Of a stretch of DNA of 64,000 nucleotides, positions 62,001-64,000 are shown one piece after another. Origin of the DNA: Felis catus (Eukaryota); assembly GCF_018350175.1 (NCBI RefSeq), contig NC_058382.1, positions 61,754,001 to 61,818,000 on the forward strand. Reading direction: 5' to 3'. A model generated the notes under the pieces. That model was not told the origin of the DNA. It was given only the letters and a program-made list of their open reading frames with translations, and ran no database searches. Numbering within the stretch: position 1 is the stretch's first letter; every line of letters starts with the position of its first letter. The position numbers and the translations under genes were made by a program.

Positions 62001-62992
62001 TTACACTCGGTTGTGCCAGTGGGACCCAGACAGGCCAGCTGTGAGGTGGTATGCCCGTTGAGTAACTTGGGAGCAGTGCAGGACTGCTAACAAAATTGCA
62101 CAGGGCTACTAGTCCTGTGCCAGATTTCCCGATGTCCTTTGGTGGCTGGGGACTGTGGACCAGCGGTGGAAGCTAGGGGCGTGAGGATATGCACAGATCA
62201 TGTCTGTGCCTGGGGACATGTGGCTGGGTGAGACAGATGAGGATGCCTAGATATGCACAGCTGGGTGAGGTGCAGATGTGCACAGCGTGCTGTGGCAGCT
62301 ATGCATGCAGCTTGTCAGACAGGGTGCGCTTGTGGTTGAAAAATGTTTGCCCTGAGACCAGCAGGCTTGGTTTGGTGAGCCCCTAGTGAACCCTTGGGAC
62401 TGGCACACTGCTAACGGGTTAGGGAGCAAGTGTCTGTGCAGCCTCACCCTCTGGTGGGTGCTTCTATGCTTATTCTGGGAGGCTGGGGGAGAAGAATGGT
62501 GTCTGTGAGCTCCCTCATTGTGGGAGAAGTCCTCCAACACACTCAGTAATCAGCATGAATGAATGTGTCTCCTGTTGCCTCTGCATTGTGTAAAATGGCA
62601 TGTTTACATTGCCTCTCTACACAGGCAGGTACCTGGCTATCACTCATCCTCCTATATCACCCAGTGCTGGGCCAGCTGACCTCCAAACCTCCAGGATCTA
62701 AACTCAACGGAATTCAGCCCCTCTGGGTTTTAGTGCCAAATGTTATGGAGATTAGTCTTCACTGTGTGAGCTCCATGGTATGAGGGCTCACGTTCTCTGC
62801 CCATTCTGCAGGCAGCCAGACTCTACCTTTCTGACCTTCGTAACCTTTCTGATGCAGGTTCTCTCTATTTAGATGTGGAGTTTCTTCTGCCAGTCTTTGG
62901 ACTGCTCTCTGGTTCATGGACTTGGATGTGGATATTATGTAGTTGAACACATGGGACAAGGTGAGCTCAGGATCCGCTTACTCTGCTATTAT
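59020..62992 (-). mobile_element. L1 (partial ORF2 with internal deletion near 60190, ORF1, 5' UTR); SINE at ~59880-60084; (TTTTA)n(GTTTA)n at ~59515-59612
   Basis: ORF1p-like NIHIVGLPEGRE..ENLFEEIIAENVPNWGRET; the L1 5' UTR ends near 62990. Confidence 0.88.
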
Positions 62993-64000
62993 TAATTTTT
63001 TAAATGTCTTATTATTTTGGATTTTTGAGACATGGGCAGGCAGACTCATATCACCAATGCACTTCAGGATTTGAAAGGAACTTTGCAACATTTGCTTCTA
63101 GTATTTTATGTTTTGAAACTCTCTTTAATGAGGTATAATTTACATATAACAAAGCCTCAAGTTAAAGGGTATAATTTAATGGGACATGAGGGTACAGGAC
63201 CATGGGTACAGCACCATGAAATCATGTGTTTTCTCCCTGCTTTTTGAGGTAAGGACTACTTTTTTTTTTTTACACGTTTTCAGATATTGCCCAGGTGTCT
63301 GAAAGCCTGCATTGGGCTGAGCCTTAAGAGAGAAGTTTTGAATTCAGTTTTGAGAGTAGACAGCCAGTCCAAGAAAGCCTTCTAATTGGCTCTTAGATTT
63401 AAGTTGTGAGAGATTGTGGATGCCTTGAGTCTGCCTGGATCTAGATGTGGGCCTTGTTCTGCGAACAGGTGAACTAAATACCTAACCTGAGTTAGAGCAA
63501 ACTTTAGGTTTTTTTTTGGAGATTTTATGGGCATTTTAAAATGAAAAGTTTTCTCAGGGGGGTGTTGTCTTTGTGTGAAGAGGCATGAGCAGGGGAGCAG
63601 AGAAGCAAATCATCTACACATTGTAACAAAGTAGAGCCTGCAGAACACTTTCCATCATCCAAATCAGCCTTTAAAGTTTGTGGGAAACATGAATCACTCT
63701 GTGAAACTCAGGGAGGTTGCAGTCCAGATGTATTGTCATCCCCTGCATGTGAAGGTAAAAAGATACTGGCTATCCTTATCAACTAGAATGCTAAAAACTA
63801 CACCACATGGGTCGTGTAGAGTGAAAACTTTGCTTTCAGGAATAGTGGATGTTGGTAGAGTGTGAGGTTTGGGAAGAAGGGGGTGTCGAGGGATTACAGT
63901 GCTATTGATTTCTCAGAAGTCCTGGACAAAATACTATCCACAGCAGTTGGGTTTTCTCACAAGTATAATAGAGGTGTTATATGGACTACTGCAGAGGATC

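Noticed and set aside
63895..63945. IDFSEVLDKIL resembling a CR1/L3 reverse-transcriptase motif
   Set aside because: Too short and too close to the window edge to support.

Overview
Mammalian (felid, most likely cat-lineage) genomic DNA, judged from young carnivore tRNA-derived SINEs of the SINEC_Fc type and carnivore L1s. No intact protein-coding gene is present, and almost all ORF-track entries are L1/SINE/ERV fragments or chance frames. The window looks like a rearranged subtelomeric or segmental-duplication mosaic with four parts. (1) 1-7 kb: a CTCF-motif doublet, a ~65-bp minisatellite and a CpG island that is a LINE-1 rewritten by near-unidirectional AT->GC substitution, then a degenerate (TTAGGG)n array, a duplicated SINE-bearing unit and an old mitochondrial 16S rRNA insertion (NUMT). 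(2) 7-20.9 kb: a near full-length L1 plus old L2/MIR/MLT repeats and an LTR that sits at an apparent breakpoint. (3) 21-48.2 kb: an intron-containing, strongly diverged MIA3/TANGO1 paralog (cytosolic coiled-coil and proline-rich exons, + strand, mostly disabled), followed by a second diverged tandem copy with a re-duplicated proline-rich exon. Each copy is followed by a related CTCF-doublet module. (4) 48.2-64 kb: nested, mostly minus-strand L1s. MIA3 exon numbers, lengths and peptides are recalled from human MIA3 and need confirming by alignment. Repeat boundaries are approximate.
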